A stretch of DNA of 64,000 bases, taken from contig CAVXJS010000010.1 of NCBI GenBank assembly GCA_963762145.1, positions 192,001-256,000 of the forward strand, given 5' to 3'. The notes under the pieces were generated by a model. The model was not told where the DNA came from. It ran no database searches and worked only from the letters and a program-made list of their open reading frames with translations. Source of the stretch: an uncultured Candidatus Rokubacteria bacterium. Its GTDB lineage: Bacteria; Methylomirabilota; Methylomirabilia; Rokubacteriales; CSP1-6. How positions within the stretch are numbered: position 1 is the stretch's first letter; every line of letters begins with the position of its first letter. This document shows positions 31,670 to 42,652 of the stretch, piece after piece. The translations under genes were made by a program, and so were the position numbers.

Positions 31670-33186
31670 GGAGATCCGCCGCCCCCGTCGGTCCCGTCCG
31701 CGGGCGCGCTCGAGCGCCGCAGATCCAGGGTGTCCACCCCGCTGGTGTCGAGGCCCTCGAGCGGGGTGAGCCGGGTGATGCGCGTCATGTGGCTGATCAT
31801 GTCCGCGATGCGCTGGACCGCGCGCTGCGTGTGCTCGAAGTGGCGGTCGAGCTCCGGGCGGACGCCGAGCTTGTCCGCGAGGAGCTGGACATTGCCGCGG
31901 ATCACGGTCAGCGGATTGTTGATCTCGTGCGCCGCCGCGTTGGCCACCTTGGTCACCGCCCGGAGGTTCTGGGCGTCGCGCTCGGCCGCCTCGCGGCGCT
32001 GGCGCTCGCTGACGTCGATGAACGCGACGAGGGTGGCCGGGCTGCCCTCCCATTCGACCGCGGTGCCGGTGGCCTCCATCCAGAAGCGGCTTCCGTCACT
32101 CCGGAGGCCCTCGACCTCGATCGTCGGGGACGTCGGCTCTCCGCGCAGGCGCGCGTCGACCCGGGCCGCACTCATCTCGCGGTACTCCGGCGCGACGCGT
32201 TCCATCACCGGCTGGCCCATCGCCTCCGCGGCGCTCGCGAACCCGAAGATGCGCACCGCGGCCGCGTTGACGAAGCGGATGCGTCCCAGCTGATGGATCA
32301 TGATTCCTTCGGTGGAGTCCTCGATCAGGCGGCGGTACTGCCGCTCCGATGCGGCCAGCTCGATGGTGCGGGCGCGCACCCGCTCTTCCAGCTCGGCGTT
32401 TATGCGGCGCAGCTCCATCTCCGCCTGGACCCGCCGGGCGTCCGTCCGGTGCAGGCGGACCGCGAGGACCCACACGAGCGCGGTGAACAGCGAGAGATTG
32501 GCGAGCGTCACCAGCGCCAGCGCGAGCTCGAAGCCGTAGTAGCCGGCCCGCTCGCCGGTCACGATCACGCCCCCGACGAGGAACGGCCCCAGGACGGTCG
32601 CGGGCAGCAGCCAGCGGGCGACCGTGCCGCCCGCGGTGTCCTGGACGAAGATGCCGGTGGCGCCGCGGCCGGGGCGGGCCGCGGTGACGCCGATCGCGAG
32701 GACCACCAGCGCCAGCGCGGCATAGGCCTCGGGGCCCACCGTCGTGGCCCCGTAGGCGGACGCGACCACGGTGAGGAATGCGATGAAGCCCGCGGCCACC
32801 GTCAGGCGCTGGCCCATCCGGAAGACCGGGGGGCGATCCAGGCTGAGCAGGCCCGCCGCGATCAGGAGGAAGCAGAGGGCGGGCAGGCCGGCGAAGCTCG
32901 GCGTGATCGCGAAGAGCGCGATGAGGGCGGTCAGGGTTGCCGCGACGTCGGCGATCCGGCGCCGGAGCGGAGACGGCGGGGGCCGGAGCGCCCAGAGCGC
33001 GCCGCCGCTCAGCACGAAACAGACCGCGACGCGGGGCTCGAGCCGGCCTCCGGCGAGGGCGCCGCCGCCCACCAGCACCGCGAGCGTGGCCGCGACGGCA
33101 CACCAGGCGCCGAGGACGCGGGCCGCGCGCGCGCTCCAGTCCGCTTCCATCGCCGGAGTCGTCTCACGGCTCGGGCGCGCGGTCAA
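31666..33186 (-). CDS. Membrane PAS / HisKA sensor lacking an HATPase domain
   Basis: About 7 TM segments, coiled coil, PAS domain and H-box AHEINNPL. The protein ends about 80 aa later with no N/G1/F/G2 boxes. Confidence 0.8.
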   Translation of the reverse strand: MTARPSRETTPAMEADWSARAARVLGAWCAVAATLAVLVGGGALAGGRLEPRVAVCFVLSGGALWALRPPPSPLRRRIADVAATLTALIALFAITPSFAGLPALCFLLIAAGLLSLDRPPVFRMGQRLTVAAGFIAFLTVVASAYGATTVGPEAYAALALVVLAIGVTAARPGRGATGIFVQDTAGGTVARWLLPATVLGPFLVGGVIVTGERAGYYGFELALALVTLANLSLFTALVWVLAVRLHRTDARRVQAEMELRRINAELEERVRARTIELAASERQYRRLIEDSTEGIMIHQLGRIRFVNAAAVRIFGFASAAEAMGQPVMERVAPEYREMSAARVDARLRGEPTSPTIEVEGLRSDGSRFWMEATGTAVEWEGSPATLVAFIDVSERQRREAAERDAQNLRAVTKVANAAAHEINNPLTVIRGNVQLLADKLGVRPELDRHFEHTQRAVQRIADMISHMTRITRLTPLEGLDTSGVDTLDLRRSSAPADGTDGGGGSP

Positions 33187-33199
33187 GGGGCGCGCGGGG

Positions 33200-34057
33200 T
33201 CACCGCGAGAGCAGGGCCACCCCCAGCACGATCAGGGTCACGCCCGCGACGATCCGCCAGCCGAGCTTGCTCCGCTCGCTCGGGATCAGGTAGGCCAGGC
33301 CGAGCACGAAGAGCGGCGCGGTGCCCGCGAGGGGGATCACCACGCTCACGTCGCCGAAGCCCAGGGCCAGGAGCAGGAGGAAGACGCCGCTGTTCTCCGC
33401 GATGCCGCCTCCGATGAAGTAGAGCAGGCTCCGCCGGCTGCAGCGGAGCGAGCCCAGGTTGCCCGAGGCGGCCACGAACGCGGTGGTCGCGATCAGGGCC
33501 GCGGTGACGTTGATCGTGGCGCCGAGGAGCGGGCCGGCCGAGGCCAGGCCGAGCTTGCGCAGGATCTGGACGGTGCCGAAGCACGAGGCCCCGACGAAGG
33601 GGTACAGGAGATCGACGGGGCGGAATCCCACCAGCCGCCCGCTCAGGGATAACAGAATCGTGCCCGCGACGATGACCAGCGTGCCCCCGACGATCGGCAG
33701 CGTCACGTGCTCGCCCAGCAGCAGGATCGCGAGGCCGCTGGCCACCAGCGGGGTCAGGTTGTTGACTGCGGATGCCACCGGCGCACCGACCTTCTGGATG
33801 GCGAGCACGCGGAAGAGCCGGCCTCCGGTGGTGCCGATCAGGCCCGAGAGGGCGAAGTAGGGCACCGCCTGCCACGGGAAGGTGTCGAAGCGGACGAGCA
33901 GGAGGGCGGCCGTCCACGCCGCGATCACCCCCACCACCACGTTGATCCAGGCGCCGGCGTAGAAGGTCGAGCCGCGAAGCCCGCGCTGGATGAAGATGGT
34001 CGCGGCCGCGGCGCACAGGGCACTCGACAGCGCCAGCACGTGCGGCGTCGGGAGCAA
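33200..34057 (-). CDS. DMT/EamA transporter
   Basis: About 10 TM segments in two repeats; AILLLGE motif. Confidence 0.85.
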   Translation of the reverse strand: MLPTPHVLALSSALCAAAATIFIQRGLRGSTFYAGAWINVVVGVIAAWTAALLLVRFDTFPWQAVPYFALSGLIGTTGGRLFRVLAIQKVGAPVASAVNNLTPLVASGLAILLLGEHVTLPIVGGTLVIVAGTILLSLSGRLVGFRPVDLLYPFVGASCFGTVQILRKLGLASAGPLLGATINVTAALIATTAFVAASGNLGSLRCSRRSLLYFIGGGIAENSGVFLLLLALGFGDVSVVIPLAGTAPLFVLGLAYLIPSERSKLGWRIVAGVTLIVLGVALLSR

Positions 34058-34072
34058 CGGGGGCCCGGGGGA

Positions 34073-34987
34073 TCAGCCGACTTCGGCGCGAAGGCGGTCG
34101 TGCAGCGTGGCGAGCTGCTCGGTCATCGCGGCCACGGAGCGCGCGCCGGCCTGGAAGATCGCGGTGGCGTTGAGCGCCACCCAGCCGAAGCCCCAGGCCT
34201 TGAGCGCGCCGACGCGGGCGACCACCGCGTCGTGGTCGGCGTAGAAGGTCTTGCCCGCCGCGTCGCGAGGCGGGGGCGCGACCATGCTCTGCAGCCCGAT
34301 GGCCGCGGGGTCGCGGCCGGCGGCTTCCGCGTGGCGGTGGATGGCCTCGATGGCCTCGCGCGCGCTCGCCGCGTCGGTGACCCGGCTGGCCAGCCAGCCG
34401 TCGCCGAGCCGGCCCACGCGCCGGAACGCGGCCTCCGAGAGGCCGCCGATCCAGATCGGCAGGCGGCCGGCCTGGGGCGGCTTGGGCTCCATCGCCATGG
34501 AGACGGTGGGGTAGTGCGCGCTGTCGAAGCTCACGTCCCCGTCGCCCCAGTAGGCGCGCAGCAGCCGGATGGCCTCGTCCATGCGCGCGCCCCGCGTCCG
34601 GAAGGGCTCGCCGAGGGCCTCGTACTCCGACTCCTGCCAGCCGACGCCCACCCCGAGGCGCACCCGGCCGCCCGACAGCGTGTCGAGCGTGCTGACCTGC
34701 TTGGCCACCAGGGCGGGCTGGCGCTGCGGGAGCACCAGCACCTCGGTGCCGAGGGTGACGCGGGTGGTGACGGCCGCCATGTAGGACAGCGCCATCAGCG
34801 CCTCGAGGATCGGCATCGCCGCGTTGTAGGGGCCGCGGGGGCGGCCCTCGATCGGGTGGCCCATGACCACGTGGTCGAAGATGTCGATGTGGTCGTAGCC
34901 GATCCGCTCGATGGCGCGGGCGAGGTCGGCCACCGCGGCCGGACCTTCCCGGTAGGACACGCTCGGAAACTCGACGCTGAGCTTCAT
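34073..34987 (-). CDS. LLM-class (putatively F420-dependent) oxidoreductase
   Basis: GYDHIDIFDHVV, LVLPQRQPALVAKQ and LGVGVGWQESEY motifs. Confidence 0.88.
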   Translation of the reverse strand: MKLSVEFPSVSYREGPAAVADLARAIERIGYDHIDIFDHVVMGHPIEGRPRGPYNAAMPILEALMALSYMAAVTTRVTLGTEVLVLPQRQPALVAKQVSTLDTLSGGRVRLGVGVGWQESEYEALGEPFRTRGARMDEAIRLLRAYWGDGDVSFDSAHYPTVSMAMEPKPPQAGRLPIWIGGLSEAAFRRVGRLGDGWLASRVTDAASAREAIEAIHRHAEAAGRDPAAIGLQSMVAPPPRDAAGKTFYADHDAVVARVGALKAWGFGWVALNATAIFQAGARSVAAMTEQLATLHDRLRAEVG

Positions 34988-35082
34988 GCGGCCGCTAGTC
35001 TACACCGGGGGCGCCTTGACCTGCTCGGGGACCGGCTGCTAGGCTGCGGCACTGGCTGCGGCACCCCCAACCATCGAAGGAG

Positions 35083-36090
35083 ATGAGCATGAGGCGAGCG
35101 CTCCCCGGGCTGGGCCTGTTCGTTCTGCTGACCGCGATCGCGGCGGGGTCCGCGTGGGCCCAGGAGCCGTATCCCACGCGGCCGGTCACCATCGTGGTCG
35201 CGTTCCCGCCGGGCGGCATCGCCGACAACACCGCGCGGCCGGTGGCGGCGGCGCTCGAGCGCATCCTCAAGCAGCCGGTGGTCGTGCTGAACAAGGCGGG
35301 CGCGGCGGGCGCGGTGGGCTACCAGACCGCGGCCACCAGCAAGCCCGACGGCTACACGCTGCTGATGGCGCTGGTCAGCGTGTCCGTGCTGCCCGAGGTG
35401 GACAAGCTCTTCGGGCGCCCGCCGAACTACACGCGCGAGCAGCTCACCGGCATCGCCCGCATCAACGCGGATCCGACCATGCTGGTGGTCCGGGCCGACA
35501 CGCCGTGGAAGACGCTGAAGGAGTTCGTGGAGGACGCCCGGAAGAAGCCGGGCGAGATCGTCTTCAGCTCCTCCGGCCTCTACGGCACCGCGCACATCCC
35601 GATGGAGATGTTCATGCAGGCGGCCGGCATCAAGCTGCGCCACCTGCCGACCACCGGCGGCGGGCCGATGATGAACGCGGTGCTCGGCGGCCACGCGCAG
35701 GCGGTGATGACGCCGGTGAGCCTGGCCGCCCAGCACGTGAAGGCGGGCAAGCTGCGGCTGCTCGCCCACAGCGGGCCGGCGCCGGTGGCCGCGTATCCCG
35801 ACGTGCCGTCGTTCAAGTCGCACGGCTACGACGTCGAGTACACCGCGTGGGCGGGCCTCGTCGCGCCCGAAGGGCACGCCGCCCGCACGTGATCAAGATC
35901 CTGCGCGACGCCACGCGCCAGGCGGTGAAGGAGCCCGAGGTCGATCAGCGCGCACGCCAAGCTCGACACGCCGATCGCCTACATGGACGCCGACGAGTTC
36001 AACGCGTGGTGGGCGCAGGACGCGGCGCGCCTCGCCGAGGTCGTGAAGCAGATCGGCAAGGTCGAGAGCGCGCAGTACGCCGCGCCATGA
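35083..36090 (+). CDS. tctC: Tripartite tricarboxylate transporter binding protein (TctC/Bug), frameshifted
   Basis: Signal peptide; YPTRPVTIVVAFPPGG, NKAGAAG and KPDGYTLL motifs. Confidence 0.85.
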
Positions 36091-36538
36091 CCATCGACCG
36101 CGTCGCCGGCGTGGCGCTGTGCTGATCGGGCTCGTCGCCATCTGGGAGAGCCGCGGTCTTCCCGCTCGGCTCGCTGCGCCGGCCCGGGCCCGCCTACATG
36201 CCGGTGGTCGCTCGCCGCGCTGCTGATCCTCTTCGGCGTGGCCGTGTGCCGCGATGGGGCGGCGCGCCCGGCGCCTGGCCGAGCTGGGCGTGGGCGGAGT
36301 GGCGGCACGCGGCGGCGATCTTCGGCGCGTGCGCCTTCGCGGCGTGGGGCGCTCGAGCGGCTCGGCTACCGGCTCACCATGGCGCTCGTGGTGCTCGCTT
36401 CCTGCTCGATGGTCGTCGAGCGCAAGGGCTGGGCGCTCGGGCTCGCGCTCACGGTCGGCGATGGCGTGGGGCTCCTTCTTCGTCTTCGACACGCTGCTGC
36501 GCGTTCCGCTGCCCCGCGGCCCCTTCTTCGGGCTCTGA
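36087..36538 (+). CDS. tctB: TctB small membrane subunit, several frameshifts
   Basis: Lies between tctC and tctA; [10 protein letters not shown] and [13 protein letters not shown] fragments. Confidence 0.7.
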
Positions 36539-36540
36539 CC

Positions 36541-38064
36541 GTGCTCGAGACGCTCCAGAACCTCGGCCTCGGCTTCCAGGTCGCGCTCGCCCCCGGGCGT
36601 GCTCTGGTACGGCTTCATCGGCTGCCTGGTCGGCACGCTGGTCGGCGTGCTGCCGGGCGTGGGGCCGCTCGCCGGGATCAGCCTGCTGCTGCCCGCGACC
36701 TACGGCCTCGACGCCACGCGCGCGCTCGTCATGCTCGGCCGGCATCTACTACGGCGCGATGTACGGCGGCTCGACCACGTCGATCCTGATGCGCATTCCC
36801 GGCGAGGCGGCGTCGGTGATGACGTGCATCGACGGCTACGCGATGGCGCGCAAGGGCCGCGCGGGGCCGGCGCTCGACGATCGCCGCGGTCGGCTCGTAC
36901 GTCGCCGGGACGGTGAGCGTGGTCGCGCTCATGTTGCTGGCCCCGCCGCTCGCCTCGTTCGCGCTGCGCTTCGGCCCGCCCGAGTACTTCGCGCTGCTGC
37001 TGCTGGGCCTGCTCGTCCTCGCGTACATGAACACCGGCTCGATGCTGAAGGGCCTCGCCATGGCGGCGCTCGGGCTGCTGCTCGGCATGATCGGCATCGA
37101 CCAGATGAGCGGCTACTTCCGCTTCGCGTACGGCGATCACCGAGCTGGGCGACGGCATCGGCGTGGTGCCGGTGGCGGTCGGGCTCTTCGGGCTCGCCGA
37201 GATCCTGCTGACCGCGGGGCAGAAGAATCCGCCCGCGGTGATCCGCCCGCGGCTGCGCGACCTGCTGCCGTCGCGCCAGGAGTGGCGCGAGGCGCACCTG
37301 CCGATCTGGCGCGGCACCGGCGATCGGCTTCCTGATCGGCATCATCCCGGGCTCCGCGCACGTCATCTCGACGTTCGTCTCCTACGCGATCGAGCGCAAG
37401 ATCTCGAAGCGCCCGGAGGAGTTCGGCCACGGCGCGGTCGCCGGCGTGGCGGGGCCGGAGTCGGCCAACAACGCGGCGACGTCCGGCGCGTTCGTGCCGA
37501 TGCTGGCGCTGGGCGTGCCCGGCGTGCCGATCGCCGCGCTGCTGCTCGCCGCCATGATGGTGCACGGGGTGACGCCGGGCCCGCTGCTGATCCAGCAGGA
37601 CCCGCAGCTCTTCTGGGGCTTCATCGCCTCGATGTACGTCGGCAACGTCATTCTGCTTGATCCTCAACCTGCCGCTGGTCGGCCTCTTCGTGAACCTGCT
37701 GCGCGTGCCGTACCCGGTGCTGTACCCGATCGATCCTCGTGTGCTCGATCCTGGGCGTGTACGCGGTCAACGGCAGCGTGGTCGACGTGTGGATCATGCT
37801 GGCGATGGGCGTGCTCGGGCTACGTGCTGCGCAAGCTCGACTTCGAGACCGCGCCGATCGTGCTGGGGCTGGTGCTGGCGCCGATGATGGAGCTGTCGCT
37901 CCGCCAGTCGCTCGCCATGTCCGCCGGCAACTACGCGATCTTCGTCACCCGGCCCATCTCGGTCGACATTGCTCGCGGTCGGCGCCGTCCTGGTCGTCCT
38001 CGCGCTGCGCCCGCTGATCTCGCGCACCCTCGACTGGCGCGCCCGCCTCCCCGTCGACACCTAG
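36541..38064 (+). CDS. tctA: TctA large membrane subunit, many frameshifts
   Basis: [27 protein letters not shown] and GPESANNA motifs. Confidence 0.85.
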
Positions 38065-38067
38065 ATC

Positions 38068-38152
38068 GGGGTCAGGTCTTACATTCCGACATTTTTCACG
38101 CGGTAGATGAGTCCGGGACAGCAGGAGATGTCGGAATGTAAGACCTGACCCC
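38068..38152. repeat. 85-bp hairpin element with perfect 25-bp arms (MITE/REPIN-like)
   Basis: GGGGTCAGGTCTTACATTCCGACAT-N35-ATGTCGGAATGTAAGACCTGACCCC. Confidence 0.9.
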
Positions 38153-38166
38153 ACCTTTGGAGAGAT

Positions 38167-40508
38167 ATGGCTGAGCATGCTGGGGAGGTGAGGCGGCGAG
38201 AGGACCCGCGGCTGATCACGGGGGCGGGGGAGTTCGTCGACGATCTGCGCGTGCCGGGGTGCCTGCACGCGGCGATGCTGCGCTCGCCGCACGCGCACGC
38301 GCGCATCCGCGCGATCGACGTGGCGGCGGCGCGCCGGCGCCCGGGCGTGGTCGGGGTCTTCGTGGCGGCGGACCTCGGGGCCGGCGGGCGCGCCGATCCC
38401 GATCTACGCGCCGCACCCGGCGCTGCCGGTGCCGTGCAGGATCATGCCGCTGGCGCGCCGAGCGCGTGCGCTTCGTGGGCGAGCCGGTCGCGGTGGTCAT
38501 CGCGGAGGACGTCTATCGCGCCGGGACGCGCTCGACCTCATCCGCGTGGAGTACGAGCCGCTGCCCGCGGTGGTGGACGTGGAGGCCGCGCTGGCCCCCG
38601 GCGCGCCGATCCTCCACGAGGAGGTCGGCAGCAACGTGGTGGCGGAGTGGCGGCAGCGGGTGGGCGACGTGGACGCGGCGCTCCGCGCCGCGCCGGTGCG
38701 TCGTGCGCGCCCGGATCCGGCTCGCGCGCGGCGGCGCGCACCCGCTCGAGCCGCGCGTCGCTGGTCGCCGCAGTGGAAGGACGCGCGGCTCACGGTGTGG
38801 GGCGCGGTGCAGATGGTCCACCGCCACCGCGGGGTGATCGCGGAGCATCTCGGCCTGCCCGAGGACCACGTGCGCGTGATCGCGCCGCCCGACGTGGGCG
38901 GCGGCTTCGGCACCAAGGGCATGTACTACCCCGAGTACATCGTGGTGGCGGAGCTGGCGCGGCAGCTCGGCCGGCCGGTGAAGTGGATCGAGACGCGCCG
39001 CGAGCACACCCTGGTGGCCTGCGTGGAGCGCGACCAGGTGCACGACGTCGAGATCGCGGCCACCCGCGACGGCCGGCTCCTCGGGCTGCGCGACGACTTC
39101 CTCCACGACATGGGCGCCTACACGATCTCCGGCCTGAACCTGCCGCAGAACGCGATGATCCACTCGGTGGGCTCCGTACGTGATCCCGACGCTCGACCTG
39201 CGCTTCCGCGGCGTGATGACGTACACGACGCCGGCGGGCGCCTACCGCGGCGCCGGGCGCCCGTACGGGCACCGCGCTGATCGAGCGCGCGATGGACGCG
39301 CTCGCGCGCGAGCTCGCGCATGGACCCGGTGGAGCTGCGCCGGCGCAACCTGATCGCGGCGCGACCGGCATCCGTACGCCACCGGGCTCAACACCGCCGG
39401 GCGCGGGCCGGTGGACTACGACAGCGGCGACTACCCGCGCTGCATGGACCTGGCGCTCGAGGCGCTCGACCTGCCCGCGGCGCGCCGCGAGCAGGCGCGG
39501 CTGCGCGCGCGAGGGCCGCTACCTCGGCATCGGCGTCGTGAACTACGTGGAGGCGACCGCCACCGTGCCGAACGAGAGCGCGGTGGTGCGCGTGCGATCC
39601 CGACGGCGCGCGTCACCGTGGTCAGCGGCGCCGCGCCGCAGGGCCAGGGGCACGTCACGATGTTCTCGCGCCTGGTCGGCCGCGCAGCTCGGCGTGGATC
39701 CCGACGCGATCGAGGTGCTGACCGGCGACACCGCGCTCGTGCACACCGGCGGCGGCACCTACGGCAGCCGCACCGCCGCGATCGGCGGCAGCGCGGCGCT
39801 GCTGGCCTCGCGCGCGGTGCTGCGAGAAGGCGCGGCGGGTCGCCGCGCACCTGCTGGAGGCGGCGGCGGCCGACGTCGTGGTCGAGCGACGGCGCGTTCG
39901 CGGTGCGCGGGCTGCCGAGCCGCGCGCTGGGCTGGCGCGAGGTCGCGGCCGCCGCGCACGCGGGGCGGGTGCCCGGTGAGAGCCGCGGGGCTCGAGGACA
40001 CCCAGGTCTTCAGCGTGTCGCAGTCGAGCTACGCCAACGGCACCCACGCGGTGGTGCTGGAGGTGGATCCGGAGACCGGCGCGGTCGCGATCCTGCGCTG
40101 GATCGTGGCGCACGACTGCGGCCACGTGCTCGAGCCGGGCATCGTCGACGGGCAGATCCACGGCGGCGGTGGTGCAGGGCCTGCCGGACGCGCTCAACGT
40201 CCAGCTCGCCTACGACGACGGCGGCCAGCGCCTCACCGCGACGCTGATGGACTACACGCTCGCCACCGCGGCCGACGCGCCGCCCACCTTCGAGATCCGC
40301 CACCTCGAGATCGCCGACCCCGCTCAACCCGCTCGGCGCCAAGGGCGCGGGCGAGGGCGGCATCATGCCGGTGCATCCCCTCATCGCCCAGGCCATCGAG
40401 GACGCGCTGGCGCCCTTCGGCTGCGCCCGCATCGAGCGCGTGCCGGTGACGCGCGCCGACATCCACGCCATGGTCCAGGCGGCGCGGGGCGCCCCAGCGC
40501 GTCGATGA
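38167..40508 (+). CDS. Xanthine dehydrogenase-family molybdopterin-binding subunit, many frameshifts
   Basis: [26 protein letters not shown] and GAKGAGEGG across frames. Confidence 0.8.
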
Positions 40509-42604
40509 TTCCCGGGATCAACTGGGGCGTGCTGGCGCTCGTCCTGGCGCTCGGCGCGTTCATCGTCGCCTGGGTGACCACGGGGCCGCGGCCGCGGACG
40601 GCGTTGCTGGCCGGCTTCAGCGGCGCGCTGGGGATTCTGAGCGGCTACGTCCTCTACGCCTACGCGTCGGAGAAGGCAGAGGAAGGCGTGCTCGTCCAGG
40701 TGCTGGGGCTGCTCCTCATCGTCGGCGTGATGTCCTTCGTCTTCGAGGTGCTGCGCCACGCGATCGAGGGCCACGAGGAGCCCTGGCCCGCGCGGCGCAT
40801 CCTCAGCACGATCCTGATCCTGGCCGTCTTCGAGCTCTACATCGTGGCCTGGCACCACGGGCTCGAGCAGACCCCGGAGAAGCTCAGCCACATCACCGAG
40901 GTCATCTTCGGCGAGCACCTGGCCGGGCAGCTCGGGCCCGGCTGGAACCTGATCGTGCTCGGCGCGCTCTGGGTCGCGGTCGGGATCGCGGTGACCTGGC
41001 GCCTTCGGGCCTACATCCTGAAGACGAGCGAGATCCCGCTCGGCGACCCGGAGTCCGACGCCGTCCGTCGGTGGCCCGATCCCCGGACGATCGGGCGCGG
41101 GGCGTGGGCGGGCTTCGTGGCGGCGGCCGTCTGGGCGCCAGTGATGGCCCTCGGCTACGTCGCGCTGGTGCGCGCCTGGCTGATGGTCGAGTGGCTCCGG
41201 GCCGACTACCCGGGCTGGTGGCGCCAGAGCGTGGAGTGGCTGCTGGACTGGACCGCGGTGCTGCCGCCGCTTCGCGCGCTGCTCGGGCTCGCGCTCTCGG
41301 CCATCGGGAACCTGGCGTACTACGGGCACGTGGTCGGGCTGATGCTCGGCCTCGCCCTCGTGATCGGCCTCGGGTGGGGGGCGGCGACCACGGCGGGAGC
41401 GCGGCTCTGGGGCATCCCGTTCCTGGCCGCCGGGGCGGTCTTGCTGATTCCGCTGCTGGTCAACCTGCTCCTGACGGGGGACTCCCTCTGGAACCTGGTG
41501 CGCCTCTGCGGGCTCGCGATGTTCATCTGGGGCGTGCCGGCGGTGCTCCTCGGGATCCTGGCGCCCTTCCTCCGGCAGCCGGCCAGGATGCCCTGGCTGT
41601 GGGGCCTCCTCGCGTTCGGCGCCGCGGTGGTGCTGGCCACGGCCGTCATCATCGGCACCAGAGGCGGGGGGCTCACCCGCCTCGAGGCCGGCGTGGTCGT
41701 CGGCCTCGCGGTGTTCTTCGTCGTGACCGGAGCGCTGCTCTGGCGCGGGCCGTGGGTTGCCGAGTTCTGGCCAGTCCTGGGCCTGAGCATGGCGACGCTC
41801 GTGTGGGCGGGCACGTCGGTGGCGCAGACCATCGATCTCTTTCACCTGCAGCGCGTCGCGTATTCGCTCATCTCCGTCCCGCTCTCCGGCCCGACGGCGC
41901 CGCGGCCGGCGCCTTTCGCGATGCCGGCTCCGTGGCGGGGGCTCGACCGCAGCCGGATGGCCGGCGGCCTGAGCACGCTCGAGCTCCTGGGTCCGTGCGA
42001 GCCGCTGGGCCGCGAGCTGGACGCGCGCATCGTGCGCGTGCGCGACGGTGCCGGCACCGCCGAGCGGAGCGGCGAGAGCCTGCAGGGCGGGGTCGCGGCG
42101 CTGCGCGGCAGGGCCGACGGGATCGCGGCGGCGGCCGCGACGCACAAGGGGGGCTCGGCCAGGGACCGGGAGCCGCTCGAGCACCAGCAGGCGCTGGTCG
42201 CGGCGGCGAGGAAGGACGCGGCGGCCCTGGCGCATGACATCGACACGCTCGAGGCCCAGCTCCGGACCGGGATGGCCGAGCGGGCGGCCGGTTCGCTGCG
42301 CGAGGATTGCCGCCCGATTCTGGCGCCCCGGCAAGCAGCGCTGCACCAGGAGCTCTTGGCGCGTGCGGTGGCCTACGGGCGCGTGCTCGAGCAGCTACGC
42401 CCCATCCGCGCGGATCTGAAGCAGGTCGGTCAGCATCTCGACGCGGCGGGGCCCACGATCGACGCCAAGCTGGAGAAGATCCGCATTCGCCTCGCCCAGC
42501 AGCTCGAGCTGGCGGTCACCGCCTCGTTCGGCTTCTGGACCACGGTCGGGATGCTCGCGATGTGGAGGCTGCTGGACCGGAATGGCAAGGCCGGCCATGC
42601 GTGA
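40505..42604 (+). CDS. Large polytopic membrane protein of unknown function with a helical/coiled-coil domain
   Basis: About 699 aa. More than 12 hydrophobic segments, then a ~230-aa Ala/Arg/Leu/Gln-rich region and a final TM. ATGA overlap with the upstream gene. Confidence 0.75.
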   Translation: MIPGINWGVLALVLALGAFIVAWVTTGPRPRTALLAGFSGALGILSGYVLYAYASEKAEEGVLVQVLGLLLIVGVMSFVFEVLRHAIEGHEEPWPARRILSTILILAVFELYIVAWHHGLEQTPEKLSHITEVIFGEHLAGQLGPGWNLIVLGALWVAVGIAVTWRLRAYILKTSEIPLGDPESDAVRRWPDPRTIGRGAWAGFVAAAVWAPVMALGYVALVRAWLMVEWLRADYPGWWRQSVEWLLDWTAVLPPLRALLGLALSAIGNLAYYGHVVGLMLGLALVIGLGWGAATTAGARLWGIPFLAAGAVLLIPLLVNLLLTGDSLWNLVRLCGLAMFIWGVPAVLLGILAPFLRQPARMPWLWGLLAFGAAVVLATAVIIGTRGGGLTRLEAGVVVGLAVFFVVTGALLWRGPWVAEFWPVLGLSMATLVWAGTSVAQTIDLFHLQRVAYSLISVPLSGPTAPRPAPFAMPAPWRGLDRSRMAGGLSTLELLGPCEPLGRELDARIVRVRDGAGTAERSGESLQGGVAALRGRADGIAAAAATHKGGSARDREPLEHQQALVAAARKDAAALAHDIDTLEAQLRTGMAERAAGSLREDCRPILAPRQAALHQELLARAVAYGRVLEQLRPIRADLKQVGQHLDAAGPTIDAKLEKIRIRLAQQLELAVTASFGFWTTVGMLAMWRLLDRNGKAGHA

Positions 42605-42616
42605 TGGCGGAGGGGC

Positions 42617-42646
42617 TTGACAGCCGCGGGCGGCGCCCCGTACACC
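42617..42646 (+). promoter_or_regulatory. Sigma-70-type promoter, leaderless arrangement
   Basis: TTGACA-N18-TACACC-N6-ATG. Confidence 0.6.
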
Positions 42647-42652
42647 TCTCGT

